A stretch of 64,000 nucleotides of DNA from assembly GCA_963422205.2 (NCBI GenBank), contig CAXMWX010000001.1, positions 448,001 through 512,000 on the forward strand, written 5' to 3'. How positions within the stretch are numbered: position 1 is the stretch's first letter; each line of letters begins with the position of its first letter. The stretch is from Gammaproteobacteria bacterium. Its GTDB lineage: Bacteria > Pseudomonadota > Gammaproteobacteria > Eutrophobiales > Eutrophobiaceae. The notes under the pieces were generated by a model, which was given only the letters and a program-made list of their open reading frames with translations, was not told where the DNA came from and made no database searches. Positions 21,479 through 31,288 of this stretch are shown here, in pieces. The position numbers and the translations under genes were made by a program.

Positions 21479-21844
21479 ATGATAAAGACCGCCAATGAAC
21501 TGATTGCCGCCGCGCAGTCACAGATCGATTGCGTGGATGCGGCTGCCGCAAAAGCATTGTATGAACAGGCCGAGGAGGGTGTGATCATTGATGTCAGAGA
21601 GGCCGATGCCGCCGCCGAATCGAAACTCAAAGCCGCCGTGAATATTCCCCGGGGCGTATTGGAGTTGAAGTTACCCGCCTTGTGTGCAACCCCGGAGACC
21701 TTGATCCTGATACATTGTGGCGGCGGTGGCCGGGCATCGTTATCTGCCCTGACACTGCAACAGATGGGCTATGTAAACGTACATGCGATCACCGCCCGGT
21801 ATGAGGACATCAAGGCCGTGTTTGATGGGGAAAAGCCGGAGTAA
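21479..21844 (+). CDS. Rhodanese-like domain protein
   Basis: IIDVRE, NIPRGVLE, HCGGGGRAS. Confidence 0.9.
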   Translation: MIKTANELIAAAQSQIDCVDAAAAKALYEQAEEGVIIDVREADAAAESKLKAAVNIPRGVLELKLPALCATPETLILIHCGGGGRASLSALTLQQMGYVNVHAITARYEDIKAVFDGEKPE

Positions 21845-21911
21845 ATGTCCACTATGCCGCCATGCTGGCGGCAGAGATCGGGCAACTCGTGCAGTTTGCC
21901 GGCAAGTGTCT

Positions 21912-23696
21912 TTAAGTATCCTCCTCATCCCGGTGGGTGGCGAGAGTGGCATACACCTCTTCCAGGCTGGTGTAACCATCCGCCACTTTCTGGGCGCCAC
22001 TGAGAGCGAGCGAGCGCATGCCTTGTTTGCTGGCCGCCTGCTGTATCTCTTCCAGTTCGGCAGAGCGGGTGATCAGCCGCCTTATCGGGTTATCAATCAC
22101 CAGCGTTTCGTAGATGCCGATACGGCCTTGATAACCTGTACCCCGGCAGTCGTCACAGCCCCGGCTGGTGTATACGGTTTTCGGTGCTCGTGTTTTGTAG
22201 GGATAAACCAAATCTGCCCATGCCTGCCTGTCCAGATTGGTTTTGGTTTTACACAACGGGCAGAGTGTTCTGAGCAGACGCTGGGCGATGATGCCCAGTA
22301 GCGTTGCGCTGATTAAGTAAGGCTGGGTACCGAGATCAAGCAGGCGTATGATCGTTGCAGGTGCGTTGTTGGTGTGCAGGCTGGAGAGCACCCGATGGCC
22401 GGTGAGTGCGGCCTGCACCGCCACCTCGGCAGTCTCCCGGTCTCGTATCTCGCCGACCATGATGACGTCAGGGTCCTGCCGCAGTAAGGTTCTCACGCCC
22501 GTGGCAAAGCCGATGTCAAGCTGCGGCTGCACCTGCATTTGATTAAAATGTGGATCAACCAGTTCGATCGGGTCTTCGATGGTGCAGACATTGATATCCG
22601 GCCTGGCGATCTGTTTCAGAGTCGAATACAGCGTGGTGGTTTTACCCGAACCGGTCGGCCCGGTTACCAGCAGGATGCCGTGCGGGTTGGCAATCAGTCC
22701 TTGCCAGCAGGTGTGATCATGTTTGGTGAAGCCCAACTCATGCAGGCTCTTCATCAGCATGTCAGGATCAAAGATCCGCAACACCAGTTTCTCGCCGAAG
22801 GTGGTCGGCATGGTCGACAAGCGCATCTCCACCTCGGTACCGTTCGGGGTAAGCGTCTTTACCCGGCCATCCTGGGGCCGGCGTTTATCCGTGACATCCA
22901 TCCGCCCCAGTGTCTTTAAGCGGCTGGTAATTGCGCCCATGAGTTTAATCGGGAACTCATGCACCTGATGCAGCACGCCATCGATACGAAAACGGACTTT
23001 CCCCTGCTCACGGCGCGGCTCTAAGTGAATATCGCTGGCGCGTTGTTCAAAGGCAAACTGTAACAGCCAGTCCACCAGGCTGACGATATGACGATCATTG
23101 GCATCCGGTTCAATCCGCCCGACCTCAACCAGCGATTCGAAATTTTGTATTTCATTGAGCGAGCGAGTGGCGGTGTCAGAAACCGCCCCCATGATGGTCT
23201 TGCTGACGCCGTAAAATTCAATCAGGTAGCGCGTAACATCTCTGGGGTTGATGATGACGCGTTTGATTTGCCGTTGTGAGATACGTGCCAGTTCATGTTC
23301 CCAATGCGTTATCCAGGGCTCGCAGGTCGCCACGGTCAATTCGTATGCGTTTATCTCAACCGGCAGGATTTGCAGCTTGCTGGCATAGGCTTGGGATACC
23401 AGCCTCGTGATCTCGGCGACATCTGTCTTTAGCGGATCAACACGGAAATAGGGCTGTCCACACTCGGCGGCCAGCCATTTTGTTAATTGCTCCAGCGTCA
23501 GCTCATACGCAGGCCGGGTTATGCTGCGAAAGTTCTGTGCGGCGATTAAGATCAGTGGGTGTTTGTCTTGATCATCTCTGGATAAAGGGGCGGCCAGCAT
23601 CTGTTGCTGTTGTTTGGTGCTGATGATCCTGCTTTGGTATAACGCGGCGATCAGCTCTTGCAGGGTAAGTTTCTGGTTAGTATTGGGTTTCAGCAT
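21912..23696 (-). CDS. GspE/PulE/PilB-family secretion ATPase (orphan)
   Basis: ASDIH, GPTGSGKTT, LRQDPDVIMVGEIRD, CxxC..CxxC. Confidence 0.93.
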   Translation of the reverse strand: MLKPNTNQKLTLQELIAALYQSRIISTKQQQQMLAAPLSRDDQDKHPLILIAAQNFRSITRPAYELTLEQLTKWLAAECGQPYFRVDPLKTDVAEITRLVSQAYASKLQILPVEINAYELTVATCEPWITHWEHELARISQRQIKRVIINPRDVTRYLIEFYGVSKTIMGAVSDTATRSLNEIQNFESLVEVGRIEPDANDRHIVSLVDWLLQFAFEQRASDIHLEPRREQGKVRFRIDGVLHQVHEFPIKLMGAITSRLKTLGRMDVTDKRRPQDGRVKTLTPNGTEVEMRLSTMPTTFGEKLVLRIFDPDMLMKSLHELGFTKHDHTCWQGLIANPHGILLVTGPTGSGKTTTLYSTLKQIARPDINVCTIEDPIELVDPHFNQMQVQPQLDIGFATGVRTLLRQDPDVIMVGEIRDRETAEVAVQAALTGHRVLSSLHTNNAPATIIRLLDLGTQPYLISATLLGIIAQRLLRTLCPLCKTKTNLDRQAWADLVYPYKTRAPKTVYTSRGCDDCRGTGYQGRIGIYETLVIDNPIRRLITRSAELEEIQQAASKQGMRSLALSGAQKVADGYTSLEEVYATLATHRDEEDT

Positions 23697-23851
23697 GTAT
23701 TTTAGTTAAGATACTCGGCTATCAGACAGCTAAACTAATTCACCACAGGGACACTTACAAGTGAATTTTCCAGGTTTATTTTTCTGGATGAAACAGAGAA
23801 CCGATGCTACTGTCCCAATACCACTGCCATTTTTTAAGGAAGCCTTGCCTG

Positions 23852-24610
23852 ATGATAAGCCGATTCCCCCCGCTGTTTTTGACAGCATTATTATTTTGTG
23901 TTGTTGGTCAGAATCCTCTTGCAGATAACGCGTTGGCAGATGCAGCACGGACCGATGAGCAAAATGCCGTGCGCCAGGCGATTGAGAGCGTGTTTGATGA
24001 GGCCAAGGTCAGCCGGATAAGACCATCCGCCGTGCCGGGTTTGTATGAGGTGCTGGTTGGCACTGAGGTGATCTATGCAAGCGGCGATGGTCGTTATATT
24101 CTTCGAGGCGATCTCATTGATTTGCAGGCGCGGATAAATCTGAGTGAGAATCAACGTAGCCAGGCACGGCAGGCGATGCTCAAAGCTGTGCCAGTGGATG
24201 ACTTGGTGACGTTTGCCGCAGAGCATAAGAAGCACGCTGTTTATGTCTTCACCGACACCACCTGTGGTTATTGCCGTAAGCTGCATCAGGATGTGGCCGA
24301 GTTGAACAGACGGGGGGTTGATGTGCATTACCTTGCGTTTCCGCGCACCGGTGTCGGTTCACCGGCTTATCGTGAGATGGCGGCGGTGTGGTGCAGCGAG
24401 GATCAAAATGCCGCCATGACCCGGGCCAAGGCAGGCGGCATGGTCACGGCCAGCACCTGTGCCAATCCGGTGCAGGCGCACTATGAGCTGGGGCATGCGC
24501 TTGGGGTGCGGGGTACGCCGACCATCTATCTGGAGGATGGCACCAGTCTGCCCGGTTACGTGCCGCCACAGGTATTACTGCAAGAGCTACAGCAGAGCAC
24601 CGCCGATTAA
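23852..24610 (+). CDS. dsbC: Thiol:disulfide isomerase DsbC
   Basis: Signal peptide, CGYC, AFPR, GTP. Confidence 0.93.
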   Translation: MISRFPPLFLTALLFCVVGQNPLADNALADAARTDEQNAVRQAIESVFDEAKVSRIRPSAVPGLYEVLVGTEVIYASGDGRYILRGDLIDLQARINLSENQRSQARQAMLKAVPVDDLVTFAAEHKKHAVYVFTDTTCGYCRKLHQDVAELNRRGVDVHYLAFPRTGVGSPAYREMAAVWCSEDQNAAMTRAKAGGMVTASTCANPVQAHYELGHALGVRGTPTIYLEDGTSLPGYVPPQVLLQELQQSTAD

Positions 24611-24700
24611 CACCGGGAGCTTGACGGCACAGGAACGAGGCAGACAACGGGCAGCGGCCTGGTGGTGTACACTGCTGCGATCGGTGATGGCGTGGCGGTA

Positions 24701-25429
24701 TTAATACGCAAGACCGGTCAGAGACTGAATCATCGCCACGGTCTTGTTTCTGTCTTTTTCGATGTTCTCTACCTTGACAGGCAGATAGCGCAGCTTTTCG
24801 GCACACCAGAGTGTTACCGTGCGGGTACGATTGTCTTTATAGCGAATCATCTTGATAGTATCAAACTCACCCAGCGGTGTTTGCAGTCTTTCCCGGCCAA
24901 GTTTCTCAAAGCTGTAGTTTTTGATTTTGCCGCCATCGGCGATCGTATAGGAAGCCCTGGCCTTGCCCGCCTCCAAATCCAGCATGATGGCAAGCTGGTA
25001 TAACAGCTTGTCCATGACTTCCGGTGTGCCGGGCATCTGCCAGGCATCGCCGTTAATGGTATTGATAATTTTCAGTTGCTCCCAGTCAAACTCAACCGAC
25101 ACGCGGCGGTCTTTTTTGCCGCCGGTATGCTGGTAAGTGTACAGGCTTGGTTTCGGTCTGCTGGCCGCAAAATCCCAGATACTTTTTTCAATGATGTGAT
25201 CTTTGCGAAATAACGCAACCAGCCCAACGGTTTTGGTTTCGGAAAAATATTCAAAACGGGCATCTGCCATCGGGGAGATGCGCCGCCGGATTCTGGCCAC
25301 TTTGGCACCAGCACGATACAGGCTGTATTCTGCGGTAAAAACCGGCGGGGCAAGCGGCTTAAGTTCAGGTTCAGCCAGGCTTGTCAGGCTGCCAAGCACT
25401 GCCGCCAGGCTGATAATAATTTTAAGCAT
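24701..25429 (-). CDS. DUF3108-like exported protein
   Basis: Signal peptide; TPLGEFDT, LW.A..LRYLPVK. Confidence 0.75.
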   Translation of the reverse strand: MLKIIISLAAVLGSLTSLAEPELKPLAPPVFTAEYSLYRAGAKVARIRRRISPMADARFEYFSETKTVGLVALFRKDHIIEKSIWDFAASRPKPSLYTYQHTGGKKDRRVSVEFDWEQLKIINTINGDAWQMPGTPEVMDKLLYQLAIMLDLEAGKARASYTIADGGKIKNYSFEKLGRERLQTPLGEFDTIKMIRYKDNRTRTVTLWCAEKLRYLPVKVENIEKDRNKTVAMIQSLTGLAY

Positions 25430-25511
25430 AATCCATATTTACGACAGTAACTATGTGATAAGATTTAATTTTTCCATGACAGAGCAAGCCGCTTTATAGC
25501 ATGCACAACTG

Positions 25512-26951
25512 ATGCAGACAAGCTATCACCCCGCCCGCCGCGCCAGGATCACCGTTATCGGCGATGTCATTTTAGATCGTTATGTGCACGGCACGATCAG
25601 CCGTATTTCCCCGGAAGCGCCGGTGCCGGTTATCCGGGTAGAGCGCGAGGAGGAGCGGGCCGGCGGGGCGGCCAATGTGGCGCTTAATATCAGCCGGCTG
25701 GGTGTGTCGGTACAGCTGCTTGGCATCACGGGCGATGATGTCAGCGCGGTGCGTTTGCAGGCCATGCTGGCAGAACAGGCCGTTGCCTGTGATCTGCTGC
25801 AACAGGATGATTTTCCGACTATCACTAAGATCCGGGTGGTTAGCCAGAATCAACAGTTGTTGCGTATGGATTATGAAGAGTCGCCGCAAACAGCCGATGG
25901 TTCGGCCTTGCTGGGGAGGTGCCTGGCCAGCCTGGATGACAGTGATTTGCTGGTGTTGTCGGATTATGCCAAGGGCAGCTTGCAGTGCGTGCCGGCGATG
26001 ATTGAGGCGGCAAGAGAACGTGATATTCCTATGCTTGTCGATCCCAAAGGCGGTGATTTTGAGCGCTACCGGGGGGCGACAACGCTAACGCCCAATATCA
26101 AGGAATTCGAGGCGGTGGCGGGCTGCTGTCAGACGGAACAGGACCTGGTCGATAAAGCACACGCATTGTGCCATGCGCTGCATATCAGCAGCCTGCTGAT
26201 TACTCGTGGTTCACAGGGGATCAGCCTGATTGAGCCAGCGCATGATCGGGCTTGGCACCTGCCGGCCGTCCGCCAGGAGGTGTTTGATGTCACCGGTGCT
26301 GGCGATACCGTGATAGCCACCTATGCGGCTGCTATCGCTTCGGGCTATGCTGCCCGGCAGGCGGTTGACTTTGCCAACCATGCGGCTGGTATCGTGATCA
26401 CCAGAATCGGCACGGCCAGCGTGACAGCGGCGGAGTTGAACAGTGCCCTGTGCGCCTGCGATTCGACTGCCCGATCCCGGCTGACCGCCGAGGAGGTGAT
26501 TGCGCTGGTCAGGCAGGCAAAAGCGGCCGGGGAGAGAATTGTCTTCACCAACGGCTGCTTTGATATTATTCACGCCGGGCATATCGCTTGTCTGCAACAG
26601 GCCAGGCAGGCTGGCCACCGGCTGGTGGTCGCCCTGAACGATGATGCGTCTGTGAGGCGTCTTAAAGGGGCAGGCCGACCGGTCAATTCCCTGCAACACC
26701 GGGCCGAGGTATTGCTTGCACTGGAAGCGGTGGACTGGGTTGTGCCGTTTGGCGAGGATACGCCGCTGGCATTGCTGAAGATGATCAATCCAGATGTGTT
26801 GGTGAAAGGAGGGGATTATCACGTGGCCGAGATTGTCGGGGCCGAGTACGTGCTAGCAAATGGCGGTGCCGTCAACATCATCCCGCGGCACCCGGGGCTG
26901 TCCACCACGGCCCTGATCGCCGGGATCAACAGCAAGGCGGCGGCTGGATGA
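25512..26951 (+). CDS. hldE: Bifunctional heptose kinase/adenylyltransferase
   Basis: RISPEAPVP, DVTGAGDT, FTNGCFDIIHAGH, LVKGGDY. Confidence 0.97.
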   Translation: MQTSYHPARRARITVIGDVILDRYVHGTISRISPEAPVPVIRVEREEERAGGAANVALNISRLGVSVQLLGITGDDVSAVRLQAMLAEQAVACDLLQQDDFPTITKIRVVSQNQQLLRMDYEESPQTADGSALLGRCLASLDDSDLLVLSDYAKGSLQCVPAMIEAARERDIPMLVDPKGGDFERYRGATTLTPNIKEFEAVAGCCQTEQDLVDKAHALCHALHISSLLITRGSQGISLIEPAHDRAWHLPAVRQEVFDVTGAGDTVIATYAAAIASGYAARQAVDFANHAAGIVITRIGTASVTAAELNSALCACDSTARSRLTAEEVIALVRQAKAAGERIVFTNGCFDIIHAGHIACLQQARQAGHRLVVALNDDASVRRLKGAGRPVNSLQHRAEVLLALEAVDWVVPFGEDTPLALLKMINPDVLVKGGDYHVAEIVGAEYVLANGGAVNIIPRHPGLSTTALIAGINSKAAAG

Positions 26952-27889
26952 TCGTGGTGACGGGTGGGGCCGGTTTTATCGGCAGCAATCTCATCGGCGG
27001 GCTGAATGAGCAGGGCTATCACGATATTCTCGCCGTGGATGATCTGACGGATGGGCATAAATTTCGGAACATGGCCGGCCATAAGATCGCCGATTATATG
27101 GATAAGGAGGATTTTCTGGCTCTGCTGCGAGAAGCGGATGGGTTGCATCAGGTGGAGGCCGTCTTCCATCAGGGGGCTTGTTCGGTCACCACCGAAACGG
27201 ACGGCCGATACATGCTGTACACCAACTATGAATATTCCAAGCGGTTATGGCAGGCGTGTGTGCGCTCGGCTGTGCCATTGATCTACGCATCCAGTGCCGC
27301 TGTCTATGGCACCGGGGCTGTCTTCAGTGAAGCGGATGAGGCGGCAACCCCGGTCAATGTGTATGCGTATTCCAAGTTCCTGTTTGATCAGTACGTGCGC
27401 CGCTCTGCTCACAAGGCAAACAGCCAGGTGGTTGGCCTGCGTTACTTCAATGTGTTCGGCCCGCATGAACAACACAAGGCCGCTATGGCAAGCGTCATCT
27501 ATCATTTTAACCAGCAGCTAAAACACACCGGCAAGGTCAAATTATTCAAGGGCAGCGGGGGTTATGCCGATGGCGAGCAACGGCGCGACTTCATCTTTGT
27601 GGATGATGTGGTCAAGGTCAATCTGTGGTTTCTCCAGCACCCGGAGCTGAGCGGGATTTTTAATGTCGGTACAGGCCAGGCCCACAGTTTTAATGCGGTT
27701 GCTAACGCTGTCATTAGCTGGCATGGGCGGGGAGAGATTGAATACATTGATTTCCCCCAGCACCTGCACGGCAGTTATCAGAGCTTCACCGAGGCTGACA
27801 TCAGCCGCTTGCGAGAGGTGGGCTACCCGCATGAATTTACCGGCCTGGGGCAGGGTGTGCGGTGTTATCTGGATTGGCTCAATCGGTAG
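26948..27889 (+). CDS. hldD: ADP-L-glycero-D-manno-heptose 6-epimerase
   Basis: TGGAGFIGSN, HQGACS, YASSAAVYG, LRYFNV. Confidence 0.97.
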   Translation: MIVVTGGAGFIGSNLIGGLNEQGYHDILAVDDLTDGHKFRNMAGHKIADYMDKEDFLALLREADGLHQVEAVFHQGACSVTTETDGRYMLYTNYEYSKRLWQACVRSAVPLIYASSAAVYGTGAVFSEADEAATPVNVYAYSKFLFDQYVRRSAHKANSQVVGLRYFNVFGPHEQHKAAMASVIYHFNQQLKHTGKVKLFKGSGGYADGEQRRDFIFVDDVVKVNLWFLQHPELSGIFNVGTGQAHSFNAVANAVISWHGRGEIEYIDFPQHLHGSYQSFTEADISRLREVGYPHEFTGLGQGVRCYLDWLNR

Positions 27890-27920
27890 TCAACAGCGCA
27901 TGAAACAGGCGTGATCCTGC

Positions 27921-29207
27921 ATGATGCGTTTTCTCTACAGTGTCTTGCTGTATCTACTTTTACCATTCATCATGATCAAGCTGCTGACAAGCAGCATTAC
28001 GCATACAGGATACAGAAAAAGGCTGGGTGAGCGTTTTGGCCATATTGACTTTCAGCAAAGCGCTCGCCCGGTCATCTGGCTGCATGCCGTCTCCGTCGGG
28101 GAGGTGCAGGCGGCCAGGCCGTTGGCAGACAGGCTGCTGAAACAGTATCCGCACTATCGCCTGCTCATCACCACGACTACCCCCACCGGTGCGGCCACAG
28201 TGCGGCGATTATTTGGCGATGCGGTTGAGCATTTTTATCTGCCTTATGATCTGCCCCATGCGGTCAATAAATTTATCTCCAGCATCAAGCCTGCACTGTT
28301 GATCATTATGGAGACCGAGCTCTGGCCGAATCTGCTGCATTACTGTAAAGCACATGGCACACATACAGCCCTGGTGAATGCGCGCCTGTCCGATCGATCC
28401 TATGCCGGTTATAAAAAATGCGCTGCCCTGGTGTGTCAGACCCTGGCGAAGTTTGATCTGCTGATTGCCCAAACCGACAAAGATGCAAGGCGATTGATCC
28501 GGCTTGGGGCAAGACCCGCCGCGGTACATGTCAGCCCCAATCTTAAATACAACATCACCATTGCCAGCAGTGTGTATGAACAAGGCGAGGCCATGCGCCG
28601 CCTGTTATCCCCGGACCGGCCGGTGTTCATGGCAGCGAGCACCCATGAGGGAGAGGAGCAAATTCTGTTTGAGGCATATCGGGAGATAAGAAAAAACGTG
28701 CCGGATTGTCTGCTGATGCTGGCACCCAGACATCCCGACCGGGCCGCCGCCATCAGGAAGATTGCCCTGGGTTATGGTTTATCTGTGGCCTTGCGTAGCC
28801 AGCCCGGTGATTACCATAAGGACAGCCAGTTATTTTTGATCGACTCCCTCGGTGAATTACCGGTATTTTATGCCTGTGCGGATGTTGCCTTTGTGGGCGG
28901 CAGCCTGGTGCCGCTGGGTGGTCATAATGTGCTGGAGCCGGCGGCTATCGGTTTGCCGGTGATTACCGGCAGGCATGTGGCGAATTTTCAGGAGATAGTT
29001 GACAACTTAAAGCAGCACGAAGCTATCGTTGTGGTGGCCGAAGCCGGTGAGCTGGTGACGGCGGTGTTGCAGTTTATTGCCGATGCCAATAAACGCCATG
29101 GTTACGGTGAACGTGCCAGAGAGGTCATATCGGCCAACCAGGACGGCGCCCGGCGTATCATGGAACGGCTGCAAGCCTTCCTGGCACCTGAGAAGCGGTG
29201 TGTGTAA
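27921..29207 (+). CDS. waaA: Kdo transferase
   Basis: WLHAVSVGE, ETELWPN, ASTHEGEE, PRHP, GGHNVLEPA. Confidence 0.97.
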   Translation: MMRFLYSVLLYLLLPFIMIKLLTSSITHTGYRKRLGERFGHIDFQQSARPVIWLHAVSVGEVQAARPLADRLLKQYPHYRLLITTTTPTGAATVRRLFGDAVEHFYLPYDLPHAVNKFISSIKPALLIIMETELWPNLLHYCKAHGTHTALVNARLSDRSYAGYKKCAALVCQTLAKFDLLIAQTDKDARRLIRLGARPAAVHVSPNLKYNITIASSVYEQGEAMRRLLSPDRPVFMAASTHEGEEQILFEAYREIRKNVPDCLLMLAPRHPDRAAAIRKIALGYGLSVALRSQPGDYHKDSQLFLIDSLGELPVFYACADVAFVGGSLVPLGGHNVLEPAAIGLPVITGRHVANFQEIVDNLKQHEAIVVVAEAGELVTAVLQFIADANKRHGYGERAREVISANQDGARRIMERLQAFLAPEKRCV

Positions 29208-29304
29208 CCTGATTGCTGACACTTGGCTTCGGTAAACGGCTGGTCAATTTTTTCGTATCTGCTACCATGCAGCCATACTGTACATTCTGCGGGGAGGTAT
29301 CGTC

Positions 29305-29688
29305 ATGCGCTATGCGTTTTTATTCGTGGTTGTGTTGTTGCCGGGGGTGGCATTAGCTGCTGCCTACCCGACGATTGAGACCGTCAGGATGGTGGTCACC
29401 TGTATGGCGGCCATGGGCGAGCAGAACGAAGAGAATCTGATCACCTGTGCCTGCAAACACGATGTCCTGCAAGATCAGTTGACGTTCAAGGAGTATGAGG
29501 AGGGTAATTTGATGGAGCGCTATCGAAGTATGCCGGGGGAGAAAGGCGGCATCTTCAGGGAAAATGAATTGGGCGAGGGTTATCTGAGAAAGATAAGCGC
29601 CGCCCGGAAGCTGGCAGATCAGCAGTGTCCAACTGTCAAAAAAATCAGCATCAAGCGAGATAAAGACAATAACATCATCCGGGAATAA
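29305..29688 (+). CDS. Small exported Cys-containing hypothetical protein
   Basis: SD GGAGG, signal peptide, C..CxC..C pattern. Confidence 0.75.
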   Translation: MRYAFLFVVVLLPGVALAAAYPTIETVRMVVTCMAAMGEQNEENLITCACKHDVLQDQLTFKEYEEGNLMERYRSMPGEKGGIFRENELGEGYLRKISAARKLADQQCPTVKKISIKRDKDNNIIRE

Positions 29689-29822
29689 TCTCCCATAAGC
29701 GAAGGTATTGATGCAGCCAATCCGGGGAAATGATCTCTGGGGAGATGGCAGGTGTGCAGGATGATGATCTGCCGACCGGCCCCTTGGATTATGTTAGGAT
29801 TATTTTATTTATGCAGCAACCC

Positions 29823-30707
29823 TCAGCCGGACATCAGATCATGTTCTGACTGCCAGTGGTTGTTGGCGGTATCTCCCACCTTGAACGTCATGGTGCCGGC
29901 CTTGTCGGGCAGGAAAAAGAAGCGCAGGCTGGGGTCCATGCTGACAGAGAAAGTCAGCAGGGCTTTCATGATCATCGTGCCGTTGTAGCTTACTTCCAGC
30001 GAGTTGACAAAATGTGCAGGCGGTCTGACACGTGAGCCAATACGCATGGGTTGCAGGCCGGTAATGTTGGGATGTTTTATCCTCAGCTGGACAAGATTCG
30101 GCTCACCGTATGCCAGCTCGCCGACGGTACGCATCCGCATCTGCCCCATATTGGCGATGGAGTCATCTATGCTTTTGGGCGGCGGTGCAGAGCAGGCCCC
30201 GGTCGCCCGCACAAAACTCTTGCTCATGTACAACTCGCCCGTGTTGAGCTCGGCAATGGCGCGCACAAAGGTAAAATCATCCACCCGAATACGCATGGCC
30301 AAATCGGCTTTGCCGCTGTTTGGTGTGAAGTCAAAAATGCCCACCAGAGGGGTCGGGTTTTTATCCACGAAGACATGTATCTGCTTGATGTATCTGTCGA
30401 CCGCCTGCGGGATTTTTGTGTGTATGGTGAGCGGGACGATGGTCGCATCCTCGGCGCGAAAAGGTGCTTTTAATTGCAGGATTTTATGGCTGGAGTCCTC
30501 AACTATCCCACGCTCACCAAAGGTTTGACCACGTAGCTGCTCTTCCCATACCTGATCGGACTGCTGTTCTCGCCAATCTGTCGGCATGACATCGGCCATC
30601 ACATCGGTATGGCCGCTACCAAGCACCAGCAGAAAGACCAGACAGGGGAATGACATTTCCATGCCCGGGATTTTCAGGGCTGATATTTCTCGTATTGCAT
30701 CTGACAT
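29823..30707 (-). CDS. Quinoprotein dehydrogenase-associated SoxYZ-like fusion carrier
   Basis: APFRAEDATIVP, VDKNPTP, RATGACSAP, HPNITG, SMDPSLRF; divergent from xoxF. Confidence 0.85.
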   Translation of the reverse strand: MSDAIREISALKIPGMEMSFPCLVFLLVLGSGHTDVMADVMPTDWREQQSDQVWEEQLRGQTFGERGIVEDSSHKILQLKAPFRAEDATIVPLTIHTKIPQAVDRYIKQIHVFVDKNPTPLVGIFDFTPNSGKADLAMRIRVDDFTFVRAIAELNTGELYMSKSFVRATGACSAPPPKSIDDSIANMGQMRMRTVGELAYGEPNLVQLRIKHPNITGLQPMRIGSRVRPPAHFVNSLEVSYNGTMIMKALLTFSVSMDPSLRFFFLPDKAGTMTFKVGDTANNHWQSEHDLMSG

Positions 30708-31081
30708 GTGCAGGCCTCCTTCGCTGCCTTTTAAGGGCGCTCGTTATGACATATAACGACTGACTATGCTACTTTGTGTGCATTTGTCAACTATCTTGCC
30801 GCAAGTGCCCTGGAAGTGGTACGGCGTAACGGCTATTGCGAGTGTTGCAATATGCAATAATATCTGGACAAATATTTTGCACGCAGTACGCCCCTAGTGT
30901 AACCCTTAAAAAATATTGAAATAGTTGTCATAAGCTCATGTATTTACTAAGAAAGCCTGGCAATCAAAGCGGAGGGGGTGGCGGCTTTTGGCAGGTTATG
31001 GGAAATTCGCTTGCAGCTTGAGTATGAAAATTTCCTAAGATACCCGCCAGTTGAGTGTGCCAGCGCTGTTTGTGAATCGGT

Positions 31082-31112
31082 GATTACAGTCAGCATAAAT
31101 TTGGATTACAGT
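31082..31112 (+). promoter_or_regulatory. Direct repeat GATTACAGT x2 at 22-bp period upstream of xoxF
   Basis: 31082-31090 and 31104-31112 in the AT-rich intergenic region. Confidence 0.4.
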
Positions 31113-31288
31113 TATCTTACATATAATTTGCATGGCAGCTTTTCTAAAAAATTCAACGCACGATGGTTACGTTTGACATGCAACGTTTTTTAGCCCTTCG
31201 TCTATGCACGGTCTCGGCGTAGTGGGGGGGTGTCTCAACTTAACGAGATCACAATGACTAAACCAACAACTATAGAGAGGAGGAGGTC

